64,000 bases of DNA from Lama guanicoe. Lineage: Eukaryota. Shown piece by piece: positions 51,035-63,100 of this stretch. Numbering within the stretch: the first letter of the stretch is position 1; the number at the start of each line of letters is the position of its first letter. The translations under genes were made by a program, and so were the position numbers. The stretch is taken from positions 13,877,798-13,941,797 of the forward strand of contig MU054662.1 of assembly GCA_013239625.1 (NCBI GenBank), written 5' to 3'. Under the pieces are notes generated by a model, which had not been told where the DNA came from, ran no database searches, and saw only the letters and a program-made list of their open reading frames with translations.

Positions 51035-51302
51035 AGGGGGGCATTACGGGCGAAATGGGTGAAGGGGGCCAAGAGGCGCAAACTTCCAGTAACACAGTGA
51101 CTCCGTCGTGGGGCCGTGCCGCGCAGCACGCGGAGCGCAGTCAGCATCCCAGCAGTGACCATGCACGGTGACCGGCGGTGACCGGCCTTATCCTGGTGAT
51201 CATTTCGGAACGTATAGGAATAGTGCATCGCTATGTTATACGCCTGGAATTAATATAAAATTAATATAAAATTGTAAGTCAATTATGCTTCGATGTAAAA
51301 AG
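51035..51302 (+). mobile_element. L1 3' UTR fragment (L1MA-like), GC-shifted
   Basis: gaaatgggtgaagggggccaagaggcgcaaacttccagt...tggtgatcatttcggaacgtata...tatgttatacgcctggaattaatataa...gtcaattatgcttcga. Confidence 0.8.
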
Positions 51303-51499
51303 TCTGAAACGTAGACTCTTCTGCTCTTTAACAGATCATGCAGCTGAGGTTCAAAGTATCAGCGATTTGCCCGAAGTTACTCAGACAGAGACAGCAGAAG
51401 ACAGGGGACGAGGTGATCCGACTCCAAGGTCCATTCTTGGTGATTAGATTGTATGAGGAAAAAAACGAGAGGCTAATTTTTAAATTACATATAAAATTC

Positions 51500-51562
51500 T
51501 AATTGTAAACTGACTATACTTCAATTAGGAAAACAAAAAATAAATAAAAATTTTTAAAAAAA
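51500..51562 (+). mobile_element. Extremely 5'-truncated L1 tail with poly(A)
   Basis: attgtaaactgactatacttcaatta followed by an A-rich tail. Confidence 0.6.
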
Positions 51563-51569
51563 CCCTAAA

Positions 51570-51790
51570 AGCTAATGCTTACCGAGTGTTTACCAAGCAG
51601 CAGACACCACGCCAAGCACTTTACGTGAATGAATACATTTAATCGTCACAAAAATCCCAAGTAGGCAGCTCTCACCCTCATCTCCCAGATGAAGGAACCG
51701 AAAGTTGAACAGACTAAGGCAGTTACGTGAGATCACACGGTGGGTTACGGGTCAGAACCCGGGTGAGCTGAGAGACATCAGCCTGCGCCG
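51570..51790 (-). mobile_element. MIR SINE
   Basis: gcttaccgagtgtttacc...ccaagcactttacgtgaat...catttaatcgtcacaaaaatccc...cccagatgaaggaaccga. Confidence 0.75.
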
Positions 51791-53099
51791 CCGCGCTCTG
51801 CGGCTGACCCACAACTGCGAGTGGCCGCGTGAACGTGAATTTCAGCATCCTTCCTGAGGTCTACCCACTGCCTCGGATTTTACCTTTTTAAAAAAATTCT
51901 TTTAATTGAAGTATCATAGCTTTGGCTTTTTGTTGGTGGTTTCGCTGTTTAAAACCCCCCTGCCCCGTGCAGGGCTGATCGGCTGCCCCCCGCCCCGAGG
52001 GCAGGACAGCTGTGCACGCCTCGCGCGGAAACACGCATGGTAGATGAGCGTCGTCCAGGCCGAGTCCCAGTGCTGCTGGCCGCGAGCGCTCTGTTCACGG
52101 TGGACAGGACAGAGGAACACGCTGGCTCTAAACAGACAGGCGCGTGAGGCAAGTCTGTGCATTGGTCGGTGGCAAAGATGTGCCCAGAGGCTCACAGGAA
52201 CCTAAGCCTTTGCTTCCCTGAGGAGCGGAGCTTCAGGCCCGCGAACGCAGCCTTTGAGATGACTCACAGGGCGCAGCCACCCGGTAATGGGCTGGCCGCT
52301 CACCCAGGCAGCGCCTGGCGGCCCCGGGCCAGTTTCAGCAGCTGCCCGCCCCGAGAAGCCCACGCAAGCCTCACCTCTCGGGCCTGCAGCACGTGCCTCG
52401 GGCGGTCCCCCCAGCAGGCATTGCTGCCGCAACAGTCCTGGGGGTGAAGGGTGTAGCGCGCGGCGCACAGTAGGTCAGGTCGGCCTCAGCCCGGTCGCTG
52501 TAGCTGCTGTTGCCACCAGTGCCCTCCGTGGGCTGGGGGCAGCCTCCCAAAAGCCCCCTGCGGACGTCCTCCACGCTCCCCAGACTGTGCACTTTGGCCA
52601 GGATACCAAGCTCACTCCAGGAGCAGCCCCGTCCCTGGAGGGCTGTCCCCTCCCGGTTCAACGGAGACGTGGCGGCCGCAGCTCTGGCCGACTCTCCCTG
52701 ACATCGGGCTCCGGAGCCTCCAAGACCCTGTGCCACCGGCAGGAGAAGCCCCTCCGCCTACCCTGCTTCACCCCTGCCGGGGCTGCCGGGCACTGAGAAG
52801 CAGGGAGCCCTGGCTCCCCCCGCCTTTCTCCCGTCTCCCCCCACCGCGGCGTGTTCTCTCCCTGGGACAACTCCCGCAGGCCCCTCGTCTGCCACATGTG
52901 CTGCCCCCCGTCGGAGCCCCCCGGGCCCCTTCTGCCCCTGGCCCCCGTCACCCCTCCCAGGCGGCACCGCACCGGGCTGCACGCTGCCCCACGCCAGCAG
53001 CTGTCAGATCAAGTCGGCGGCCCTCCCTCCTCCTGCATTCCTCTCTTCCCGTCGCCAAGAACAAGCCTGGCTGAGGGTAGTGTCTGTCCTCTGTCCCTG

Positions 53100-53630
53100 T
53101 GACCAGCGCTCCCCGGGCTCCCCGCTGCTGGCATTTCTCCACCCCGAGGCTCAACTCAGCCTTCCTGTCCCGCTCCAGCCCCCGAACCCGCACCAGCTCC
53201 CCTCTGATCACGTCAAGCACAAACTCGCCCAGCGGTGCGGTGCCGCCCTCCCTGACCCGCGTTCCTCCTGCTCTGCGCCCTGGAGGCGCCCACCAGACAA
53301 CCGGGCCTCCGCCGTCCTTGAACCACTCTCCGCACCTGCTCTCCTTCCCCTCTGTGTCCTCAACCTGCCGCCTCCTCCAGGAAGCCTTTCCTGATTTCCC
53401 AACAACGAGAGGAAGAGGCCGCCTGCCCCTCTGGGTCAGGACTGACCTCCTTCCCTGCCCCTCCTGAGGAGCGCCCACTCCGCCCTGACGCAGGAGTGTG
53501 ATGGTGGTCTTCACGCCTTCCTGGACTATCAGGTCTTGACTATGAGACCTGTGTGGCTCGTCCTGACCCCGCAGCAGCGAGCAGAGCGGGGCCGCCCACC
53601 CGTGGGTTCAGAGACGTGCTTCTGGGGTAT
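53100..53630 (+). mobile_element. L2 fragment, GC-shifted
   Basis: C-rich body with gcctccgccgtccttgaac and cctcctccaggaagcctttcctga, which are L2 3' motifs. Confidence 0.55.
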
Positions 53631-54819
53631 CCTCTCGGTGGTGAGGAGCTGTGTGACCCACGCTTGCTGTCAGACAGTGGTGAACGTTCCCAAGTCTCTT
53701 CCTTCCTCCGTGTGCCCCTTCAGCACCTCGTCTAGAGAGACTGAGTCACCAACGTTCAAACAATGTTCTATTTCCTGTAACTTTTATCCTCAAGACCCAG
53801 AAAGGCATCACCTCACCTCCCAGTCACGCAGGAAGGTCTGGTTTTACTCGGCTCTATGCTGTCCTCCCGACAGAGAGGAGAAAAACATACAGGGAAACAC
53901 ACAAAAACCACCCTGGCTTTCAGATCTTCACCGACTGAGTGGACTTCAGGTGCCCCGCCAGGCGGAGCAGGTCCCTGGGGGCTGAGTCGGGACAGAGACC
54001 CCCTGGAGGCAGTCGGAGGGAGGGCCCAGGCACCCGGGCTGAGCAGGTGACACGCGGGTGACACAGCCGGCTCTGAGTTTGGCCAGTGGACGCTGGTTTA
54101 TGTTGCTGGCTCTCTAAAAACAGAACGCACATAGATTCATCCATCAAGGCAGCATTTTCCCTGGAACTCAACTTAAACAGAAGTTTACTGCGAGAGAGAG
54201 TGTGGAGCTGCAATTTACAGGATTTACAAGAAAGACTTTGAGTGACACGGTGAAAAAACACCTTCCACCGCATTTTTATAAGTGGTAGAAAAATGGGGTT
54301 CGATCGTCAGGTCTCATACTGATTCGCACAGAAACGGAGGACATCGCATTAACTCCTGGGGTGGGGAGGCATCTCCTCCCGGGAGACGAGCGGTTTGCCC
54401 ATCATCAGAATGGCGTGTTTTCTGAGGTGCCTTTCCAGTGGTCACGATGGATGTGAACCGACCCAGGCCTACACTGAACCCCGTCCCCTCTGCTGCCGAG
54501 GACAAGCTTACGCAGAAGCCTGTTTACAACGAGACCCCTCCACTGCCTCTGAAACAAAGGGAGGCAGGCCTGCCGACAGGGGGCCAGCCTGGGACACGGA
54601 CCCCTACCAAGACCGCTCCTGTTGGCATAGAACCCAGACCTCCCTCATGGCAAGCAGGATTATTTGACCAGCATTCCCAAGCTTTGTCTCTGATCTCCAC
54701 CTTGGATGGAGACTCCCGGCTGCCCTGGTGCTGTCCAGTGTGGCCTTTTCCGAAAGGAGCGCCCTCATCAGGTCCACGTGAACCATCTCTTGCCTGGCTT
54801 ACGACAGGACGATCTCTCA

Positions 54820-54940
54820 AAGAATCACTGGACGGCACACTGGTCAGGGCAGTGAGAGCACCTGTCCTCCTGACTCCCTATGCCTGTTACCGTGCCTGGT
54901 CCACGGCAGGGACTCACTTAATAATCGTTGAATGAATGAG
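54820..54940 (+). mobile_element. L2 3' end
   Basis: accgtgcctggtccacggcagggactcacttaataatcgttgaatgaatg. Confidence 0.7.
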
Positions 54941-55454
54941 ATGCTCCCTCTCTGTTCCTCCAGGAAGAGACACAGGGCGATTTTCTAACCATGGTCCTTC
55001 TTTCTATCTGAGGGGACGGACACGACTATGAACATCTCTGAAATAAAACCATCTAAAGAGATGCAAACAGATCAGATGCACCGTTCAAAATCAAGTTTTA
55101 AACAATTAAAGCGTCTTTGTTGTCACATTCTGGGACACATATACAGGGACCCCAGTATAAACCTTTCTTCAGACCTCACTCACCTGATGTTTCTCCATCC
55201 AGGTCCCTTCCCTCCACTTCCAACTACGTGAAATACAGACTCTGACCAATTCCTTCTCATCTCCCCACTGTGGTCGCATCTTCACCAAATCTAAGTTTCT
55301 ATCTGCACGACTCCCCTATGTGACTTGGGAATTCCTGTTCCAAAAATTTCCAAAGAATATAGGGCTTAAGTTCTGCTAACTTAAGCTAACTGAATTCCTG
55401 CTGCCAAAAAGCAACCTCTCTCCAGCAAAGAAACCCCACATGCATTATATGCAC

Positions 55455-55548
55455 CACCCTGGGGGCAGGATGCACCTGGGGGCAGGATGCACCCGGGGGC
55501 AGGGATGCACCTGGGGGCAGGGGTGTACCCGCGGGCAGGGTGCACCTG
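55455..55548. repeat. G-rich 17-18 bp minisatellite, about 5 units (tgcacctgggggcagga)
   Basis: Units visible directly. Confidence 0.9.
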
Positions 55549-55774
55549 TGCTGGTGCATAAGAAAGAAACACGCTTCAGTGGGTATCTTGGCGTTTGTTA
55601 CATCATTCTTTGCTTTCCTTTGCTATCTGAAATGATTTCAGATTTGCTGTTTTACCCCTCCTACTAGAAAGAGGTTTAGGAAAGGGAACCATAATATAAA
55701 GGAGAAGAGGTCCAAAGGGAACGTGCTCTGTTCTCTAACCTTGTGAAACCTCCACTGAGAGCACATGGTGGTCC

Positions 55775-55965
55775 TGGGGCTGAGGAGGAGGACGGGCCTG
55801 GCTCTGAGCCCACTCTTCCCCAGATGGGTTCTAGGACCTCGGGCATTTTCCTTAACCTCTTTAAGCTTCAGTTAACTCAGTAATGAAATGGCAAAAAAAC
55901 CACAAACAGTTAACATGTTTAGCAAAGTGGGGTGTGCACAGGAGGCTCTTAATAATGCCAGCTGT
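55775..55965 (+). mobile_element. MIR SINE
   Basis: ggacctcgggcattttccttaacctctttaagcttcagttaactcagtaatgaaatgg...gcacaggaggctcttaataatg. Confidence 0.65.
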
Positions 55966-56957
55966 CACCTTCATCACCACCGTCATCCACACCTCCTCCT
56001 CCCACAGTGCACCTGGCATCAGCCCGCCCGGGGATATGCCCTCAGGACAGCGGGAGCCCAGCGGACGCCGCCGACGCGCACCACTCCTCCCTGCTACTCA
56101 TTCGGAAGAGCAAAGACAAGGCGGCCGGACGCAAGTGGCCATTAGTCCTGTTCTGTTTGCAAATTTAATTTCCGCAAGAGAACAGCAGCTCCCACGATAA
56201 CCCAGGCAGAGCGCCCCAGACAGGGAGCCACGCCGCTGGATTCCGCCTCCCTGAAGCAGTATGTAATTTCTAGACTTGTCTTCTCTTTAATCCAGTTTCC
56301 TAAACTTAACCCAATTAGGGAAGTGTATACATCATTGAATGAAGAAATGCTTTTATGCATTTATCTACTCATGAATGCACAGGTCTCCCCACGCTGCACC
56401 TGGCAGGCTGGGAAAACCTTCCCGTGAGTTTAGGGCGAAAGAGCTGGCTTGGACAAAGTTAGAAGGGCCCACCATCTGCGAGAACGTAGGAACTCTGCAC
56501 TTGGCAGAGTTCTCCCTGTGCTGCTCATACACCTCTGCCCTGGCACCGTGGGCTCCGCGTACCTGACCCCCACGTTCCCAGGGCCCAGCAGGCGGAAGTG
56601 ACATGTTCTAATTCAGACTCAAGAGAAGAAGTGACGGCTGCACATGTGTCGGAAGTCCAGGTTGGACGTGACGTGTGTACAGGTGGCCCATGGCTCCTCC
56701 TTGGCCGTAAACTGTGTCCACACGACCCCGACCACGGGGCATCTCCACTCATCTGAGTCCTCCAGGGTCACAGCTGACTGGCCTCCTCGACCCAGAGGGA
56801 AGTTAAGCAGCCCTTTAAGTTCACTTCTCCCCTCTGCTGACCCACCGGGCAAAAGGAGTCCCGGTGCTTGCATTTTATTTGTTTTGCTTAGCGGTCTTCT
56901 AAGGGCTTTTCCAGAAGTGGTTTTGTTTTACTCTAAAAGCAACCCTTTGCAATTCAG

Positions 56958-57075
56958 CAGATGGCTGGTGGCGATGGCCGCACAACGAGGATGTACTTAA
57001 CGCCACTGAAATGCACTGGAAATGGTTAAGGCAGTACATTGCACGTCATGTCTGTCTTAGCACAGCAACACAATT
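56958..57075 (+). mobile_element. L1MB-like 3' end
   Basis: agatggctggtggcgatggccgcacaac...atgtacttaacgccactgaa...aaatggttaag. Confidence 0.8.
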
Positions 57076-59004
57076 ACGTACAAGCAAAGCACAATTTGAG
57101 GGAGCTGGGGAATCTGTAAAAGGCAGTGATGTGCTCAAGGCAGTGGACCCCGCGAGGGGCGGCCTCTGATTCTCAGCACAAAGCTCTTCCCCGAGCGCCG
57201 CGCGTGGCCTCTGGACCCCGCCACCGCCCCGCTCACAAAGCCGGTTTCACCAGAACGCAAGTCAGGCCTGTGAGGCGGTGAGATCCCGAGACGGCTGCCT
57301 GACGGGGTCTGCAAGCGCGGGGGATTCCGAGGAAAAGCGGCCGTGGCCACGGGACAGGGCGGCGCTCCCGCCAGCACCCGACTGCCTCCCTGCCACAAAC
57401 GCTCCGCATCTGGAGGAAAGGCAATTCCCTAAGTCGACCCGCTCTGATGAGTAATCATCCAAACACCCACCCTTAAAAATGTCCCCAAGTTCGTATCAGA
57501 AAGGGAACCAAAAAATAAAAACCCAGAGGCCTAGACGGCAGAGCCCGGCGCATTTCACACACACTCAGCCACACCCCGCGCGTTTGGGTGAGAGAGACGC
57601 GGTGTGAAAATACAACGAAGCAGTTGAGGTGCGAGCGCAAAGCGCTCCAAGGCAGGGAGGTAAAAGTCAAACACCCGGTGGTTCAGGCCACTGGAGAGGA
57701 ACAGGAAACGAGTAATTCAAAAGGGCAGAGAATCCACGTGCATGTTCTGTGAGAACAACTGCGCTCCGTACAGCGTTCTACAATGCACATCGTCTCATTT
57801 GACTTTTCCGAAAACCCTGTGACATGAACTCCTCTCGGTTGATTCCCCTCGCTTTACAGTGGAGACGCGCAGAGTCTGCATTCGGCCCAGGGTCACGGAG
57901 CCTCCCCCGGCGCAGCGGGCCCCAGGCCGGGTCATTGTTTCTGGATGCTGTGCTGAGATCACCGCAGACAACAGTGACTCTGTGCAAGCTGAGTTCTGAC
58001 GGGACGGGTTTTACTACGACCGAGGCTTGGAGGATCCACCTGAACATAACAGACCACCAACAAATACAAAACAAAGCAAAACACAAAACCCTCGAGAGCA
58101 GCTGGGAGGACGCGAGTTTCCCCCGGGCTGACCCCTCTCACGACCTCCTTAGCACCAGCTCCCTACTAAAACAGCCACTCTCTTTCGGACACCTGCGTCC
58201 TCCTTCAAGCCTCGGGTGAGTGGGAAATGGCTGAGTGGGAGACTTGCAAAGGCAAGTCCCCGGGCAAGGCCACCGGGACGTCCGCGGCCAAAAGCGATGC
58301 CCGCATCAGGAAGGTCTCCGGGCGGCAGTAGCCGAGCGGGGAGCAGTGTCTGTGACAGAGCCGGCGCTGACGGTCAGCCGCCCAGCCACCTGGGCAGCCG
58401 GCACGTCGAAGGAGAGACTCCGTGAAGACGGAAGAGGGTCCCAGAAACAGCGCAGCGTGAGGCTCTTCGCATCCGAGCACCAAGCTGGGGCAGGACAGCA
58501 GCCTCGCCGGGTGGACCACCCGTCTCCTCCGGAGCGCACGGTCTCAGCCTGGATGGCCATCTCCTCACAAGGACACGGGGCATTTTCCCATTTCCCATTA
58601 AAATCAGGCCTTGCCCGGAGTTCCTAACAAGGCAGCGAGACCCAGCGAGAAAGCGGCCGGAGCCTGGGGTGAGCTGGGGGTGCTGACGCCGCCAACCCCG
58701 TCTTCACTGGAAACTGCCGAGAAGCCCGGCCTCACGGAGTGCGCCCAGCAGGCGTCTGCGGACACTGGACCACACAGCCCTCGCGGAGGCTGACACCCGA
58801 GGCCACACCAGGGTAGGATTTCTAGTGGCCGATCGGCCACTGGTGATGGCTCGCCCCTCTGCTCGGCCCAAACTGCCACGCAGCTGGACTCCAGGGACAC
58901 CGTGGGTGAGAGTCTCCGCCCGCGTCCGCAGTCACGCTCCTTCCACGACCCTGTGTCTTCACTGCTACACTCGGAGCTCTGGCAGGACAGCAGGCAGCTA
59001 ATTT

Positions 59005-59275
59005 TTGTGCAGTGGACGGAGAGCTCAGGGGTCAGATCACCAGGCACACGACTGGGTCTCGACCGCTCACTGGGCGACCTTGGGCCAGCGTCCAAACCGC
59101 GCTAAGCATGTTTCACCACCTATGAAATGGCCTGACCTAACTCAGCCCCTGGATGCGCCAACTCGGTCACAGGTTCGCGGCCCGGCCCCGGGTGGCGGCT
59201 TCAGAAACCAGCAACCATTGCTCTCAGTCTGTGTCTAGCACAGGGCCAGGTACCCAATGAGCCGCCCGAAAAAGT
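59005..59275 (+). mobile_element. MIR SINE, GC-shifted
   Basis: gtgcagtgg...ctgggcgaccttgggccag...tgtttcaccacctatgaaatgg...tctagcacagggccaggtaccca. Confidence 0.65.
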
Positions 59276-59744
59276 TTACGAATGACATCCTGTTCAAGAC
59301 CAACGTAATCCTACACATACTCACTACCTTGATTTGTCTTAAGTTTTTTCTACTCGGAGTTACTGGTCATCATTCAAGGAGCTCCTCAGGCTGCAGAAAG
59401 GGACCAGAACCTGCAGCAGGCAGACTGGACACAGTAAACCGAGGACTGGTCCCCACAGGGCCCCGCCCTCCCACGGCAACCTCCTTTCCTCCATTCTTAC
59501 CATTTGCATGTGATGTAATCACACCAATAACCAGCTGAGTTGGACACACACGCGCCTTTATTTGTAGGTAGTGCCCAGAACGAGCTGGGCGCTCTGCTGC
59601 CGCTAACAGCGTCTATAACCCTGGACTCACCGTCACCTCCCTTCGGCTCATTCCATTCATTCCAACGAGGACTGGTTGGCCAGACTCTTCCACCTCCCAG
59701 CGTTCCACCAGGTGCTGTGTTGGGTGGCTTACAGAAAATAAAGC

Positions 59745-60192
59745 TTAGCCATTCTGTAAGTTACCCGCAACTGGGTGTCTTACGGCAGCAGACATTCCCT
59801 CCCTCCTGGGTCTGGAGGCAGCTCGGAACCTGCTTGCGGGCAGGGCTGAGGGCCCCTGCTCCCCGCCGCTCTCCCCGCATCTGACGGGAGGGGCATCCTG
59901 GCTGTTCTCTGGCTTGTAGACCCGTCCCTCGCATCTCTGCCTCCGTCTTCACGTGGTTGACCCGTGTCAGTCTGGTCCTTGTATCTTCCCTCTACGCACG
60001 TCTCTGAGTCCCAGGGTCCCTCTTCTTACAAAGACAGGGGTCACTGGATCAGGGCCCATCCCAGCCCAGTACGGCCTCATCTTAAAGCCACCACACACAA
60101 AGACCCTATTTCCAAATATGGTCCCGTTCACGCACACTGTGAGCCAGGACACAGACGCACCTTTCTGGAGGACAGAGTCAGCCCAGGATGCA
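59745..60192 (-). mobile_element. MLT1 (B/C-like) ERVL-MaLR solo LTR
   Basis: caactgggtgtctta...tggcttgtagac...atctctgcctccgtcttcacgtgg...tcttcttacaaagac...gtcactggatcagggccc...gcctcatcttaa...aaagaccctatttccaaata. Confidence 0.88.
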
Positions 60193-63100
60193 GCAGTGAG
60201 AAAAGCCAACTCCTCTGTGATGCCCTCCGTGGGCCAGGCCCTGTCCCCAGTCTGCAGAGCAAGCAACCAGGGTCCTCCCACCATCTGCAGGCGGGAAGAC
60301 CAGAGTGGTGACTCGCCCGCGCCCCGCAGCCTGGTGCCGGTGCGGCCTCCTCGCCCCGCGCTGCCCTGGAGGGCGGGGGGGGCGGTGCGGTCTGGCTCAG
60401 GAACAGCGACAGCAGGAGAAGCAGAGGCACGAAGCGTGGCGGGGCCGGCGGGGGCCTGAACCATGCCGTCACTTCCCTCAGGTCACAGGTAGACAGATGC
60501 CAGATGCCAGAGGCAGCACTAATTTTTGGAGATATAAAATGAAAAATTAAAAAACAAAACAAAACAAAAACGAAGGCACAGGCCCCGCTCTGACAAAGCT
60601 CTGCCCAGAGCAGAACGAGAAGGTGTAAACAAACACTAGGGGCGCGCAGTGCTGGGGTGAACTGTACGCACGCAGAGATGCCGAAGCCGTCACGGCAGGA
60701 CGGAGCCCGACTTCTCAGAATCCCGCTGCACGTATCTTTAGCCCCCCATCGGATTACAAAAACCTCGGAGATGCTCCCCATTTCTCTGGCTTCACCCCCC
60801 CGCGGAGGCTCCTGCAGCCCTCCCTGCACGCAGCGCACTCGGGGCAAGCCCCTTGGAGGCTGCTGGTCCCACCAGGGATGTGGAAGAGATGACAGAGCCC
60901 GCCCCGCGCTGTCCCCGAGGTCCCTGCTCTCCCAGGTGGCCGACGCCCGGGAGAGGCCACGGATGCCTGCTGTGTGAGGCACAGGACCCAGCTGGCCGGG
61001 GCCTTCTCGGGGGCACCCACCTCGTCCGGGGGTCGGGCTGGCCTGGGGCATGTGAGTGCCGCGGATGGGGGCTGACGCAGACCCGCGCCCACGCCCCTCT
61101 CCCCAGCCCTGCTCTCCCCGCTCCTGGGCTGCTGGCAGGTGGGCCGTCCTTACGCTCTGCGTGTTTTCCTTCTGTTCCCATCAGCAGTGGGGGCCTGCGT
61201 CTCGCACAACACGGGGTGCGAGTCAAATCTGGTCAACGTGGGGACAGAGACACCCCGAGCCACAAGGTCTGGGGAGGCCTCTTCTCCACACAGACCCCTG
61301 AGCTGTCTGCAGCCTCTCCCCTCAGCTGTCTCTTCTGCATGGCCGGGGCCTCGAGCCCGTGGGAGCAGAGGTGGGCGCCACCGTGGGCCGCCTGGGCCGC
61401 CAGCATGTTTTGCACCCACATCCGGAACACTCCAGAGCCTCACCTAGACCAGATGACGCCAGCCCCTCAGAGGCGAGGAGTCCCAGCGTCCTGCCGCCAC
61501 CCCGACATCCTCGTCCTCACCAGCCCAGGGCCCCACTTCTTACCGCCACTCCCTGGAGAGTTTCTTACCGAAAAGACACCCTTGCCCTGAGTGCAGCCTT
61601 AGCTCCGTGGCCCCGGCAAGATGGAGACCTGAGCCCCCCGTCAGGGGGAGTCACCTGACCTCCCCGCCCAGCCCTCCCTCAGGGTCACTCCTACCGTCCC
61701 CTCCGCTTGGGTCTCGCCTTGCTTATTAATAGAACAGGCCCCCTGGGCAGGGCTGCGTCTCGTTGCTGCCGTCTGCACTGCCTGGGACATGAGGGCCCCA
61801 GGAAACCCCCACTCTGATTACCGTCATTACCGTCGTGATCTGTCGTGCAACAAGCACCGTCCAGGGCACACGCCTCTGGACTCCGGGCGGCCTGGAGCCC
61901 CAGGTGCACACACAGCCCCCGTGTGCCCCTCAGAGCTCGGGGTAAGGATGTGCATTTAAGGTGCGTCTCTGAGCTGCATCTCCAAACCTGCAGAGATCAG
62001 AGGGCAATTATCTTCTGTCCTTGGAGGGAGCAGAACACGAGACCATTCTCTCTCCCTGCAGGATGAGTGACTGAGAGCGAGGTGGAGATTAGAAAAGACG
62101 GTGCCGAGAGAAGCAGCGTCAGGCCGCAGTCTGTTCAGAGACAGCGCAGACCGCAGCTGGGCTGACCCAGCGGCGAGAAGCCTGTTCAAGCAAAGATAAG
62201 GAAAGTCGCTACTGGGCACGTCGACTCAGGTGTGGGAGCCGAGCCCTCCCCGGGTTGCCCGTTGGACAAATGCCGTCAGGATGTGCCGTGAGCTGTTCCA
62301 ATGAGATGTAATAATTGAATTTGTTTTCATTTCATTTGGAGGGCCTTTAATTAAAAGCCAGGCTTGTGTGTGCAGAGAGATAAAGCTGGGCGCGTGGAGA
62401 CCAGGGGTAATTTGGGTGCTGAATGCAATAATTAATTGTAAATTCAGAGGTCAGGACTGCCACTATCTTGGTGGGATCAGCACAGCGAGCTGGTCGTCCA
62501 ACTGGAACCGACTCGGGAGTGGCAGAAACACACGCTTAAGTGATTTTTTGAAACCTTAATCACAATTGCAGAGGACCCAAGAGGTTAATTTGCGAAGTTC
62601 GTTCATCGGGGAAGTAAATACATCAGTGATCACCTGACGGAAGGCAACCTGGAAGAGACTGCTTTTCCAGCCACGATGTCCCGAACCTTCCACTCAACTT
62701 TGAAACCGTGTGGCATCCACACGGCGGCCGGGCTCGCCAGCCCCCAGTCCCCTCTGGACGGCTATGCAGTCTGCTTCTCCCCTTCAGGCCGGAGGCGAAC
62801 CCCACCACCTGCCGCTTCTGGGGAACCCGAGCCTGTCTGAGGAGGGTGGGCCTAAACCTGAGCGTGGGGGCCACAGGACAAATTCTAGGGCACGGGGCTT
62901 CTATCAGCTTTCAAGACATCGGAGTCGAGGGTTCGTCCGGGAAGACAGTCTGAATGGACGGCCCACGTTAATCTAAGGAATTAGGGTTAGAGGGTTAGCG
63001 GGGTCACCAGTCCTCAGACACAGTTACAGCTCGTGACAGGACGCACTGAAGCGAGGATTTGCTGCCCTGAAAGCTGACCCTCCATCAGATGCACATTCTG

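Noticed and set aside
60128-61051. 307-aa minus-strand ORF and the overlapping 245-aa plus-strand ORF (60853-61590)
   Set aside because: Both look like chance ORFs in GC-rich DNA. The first runs through an A-rich simple tract and into an LTR.
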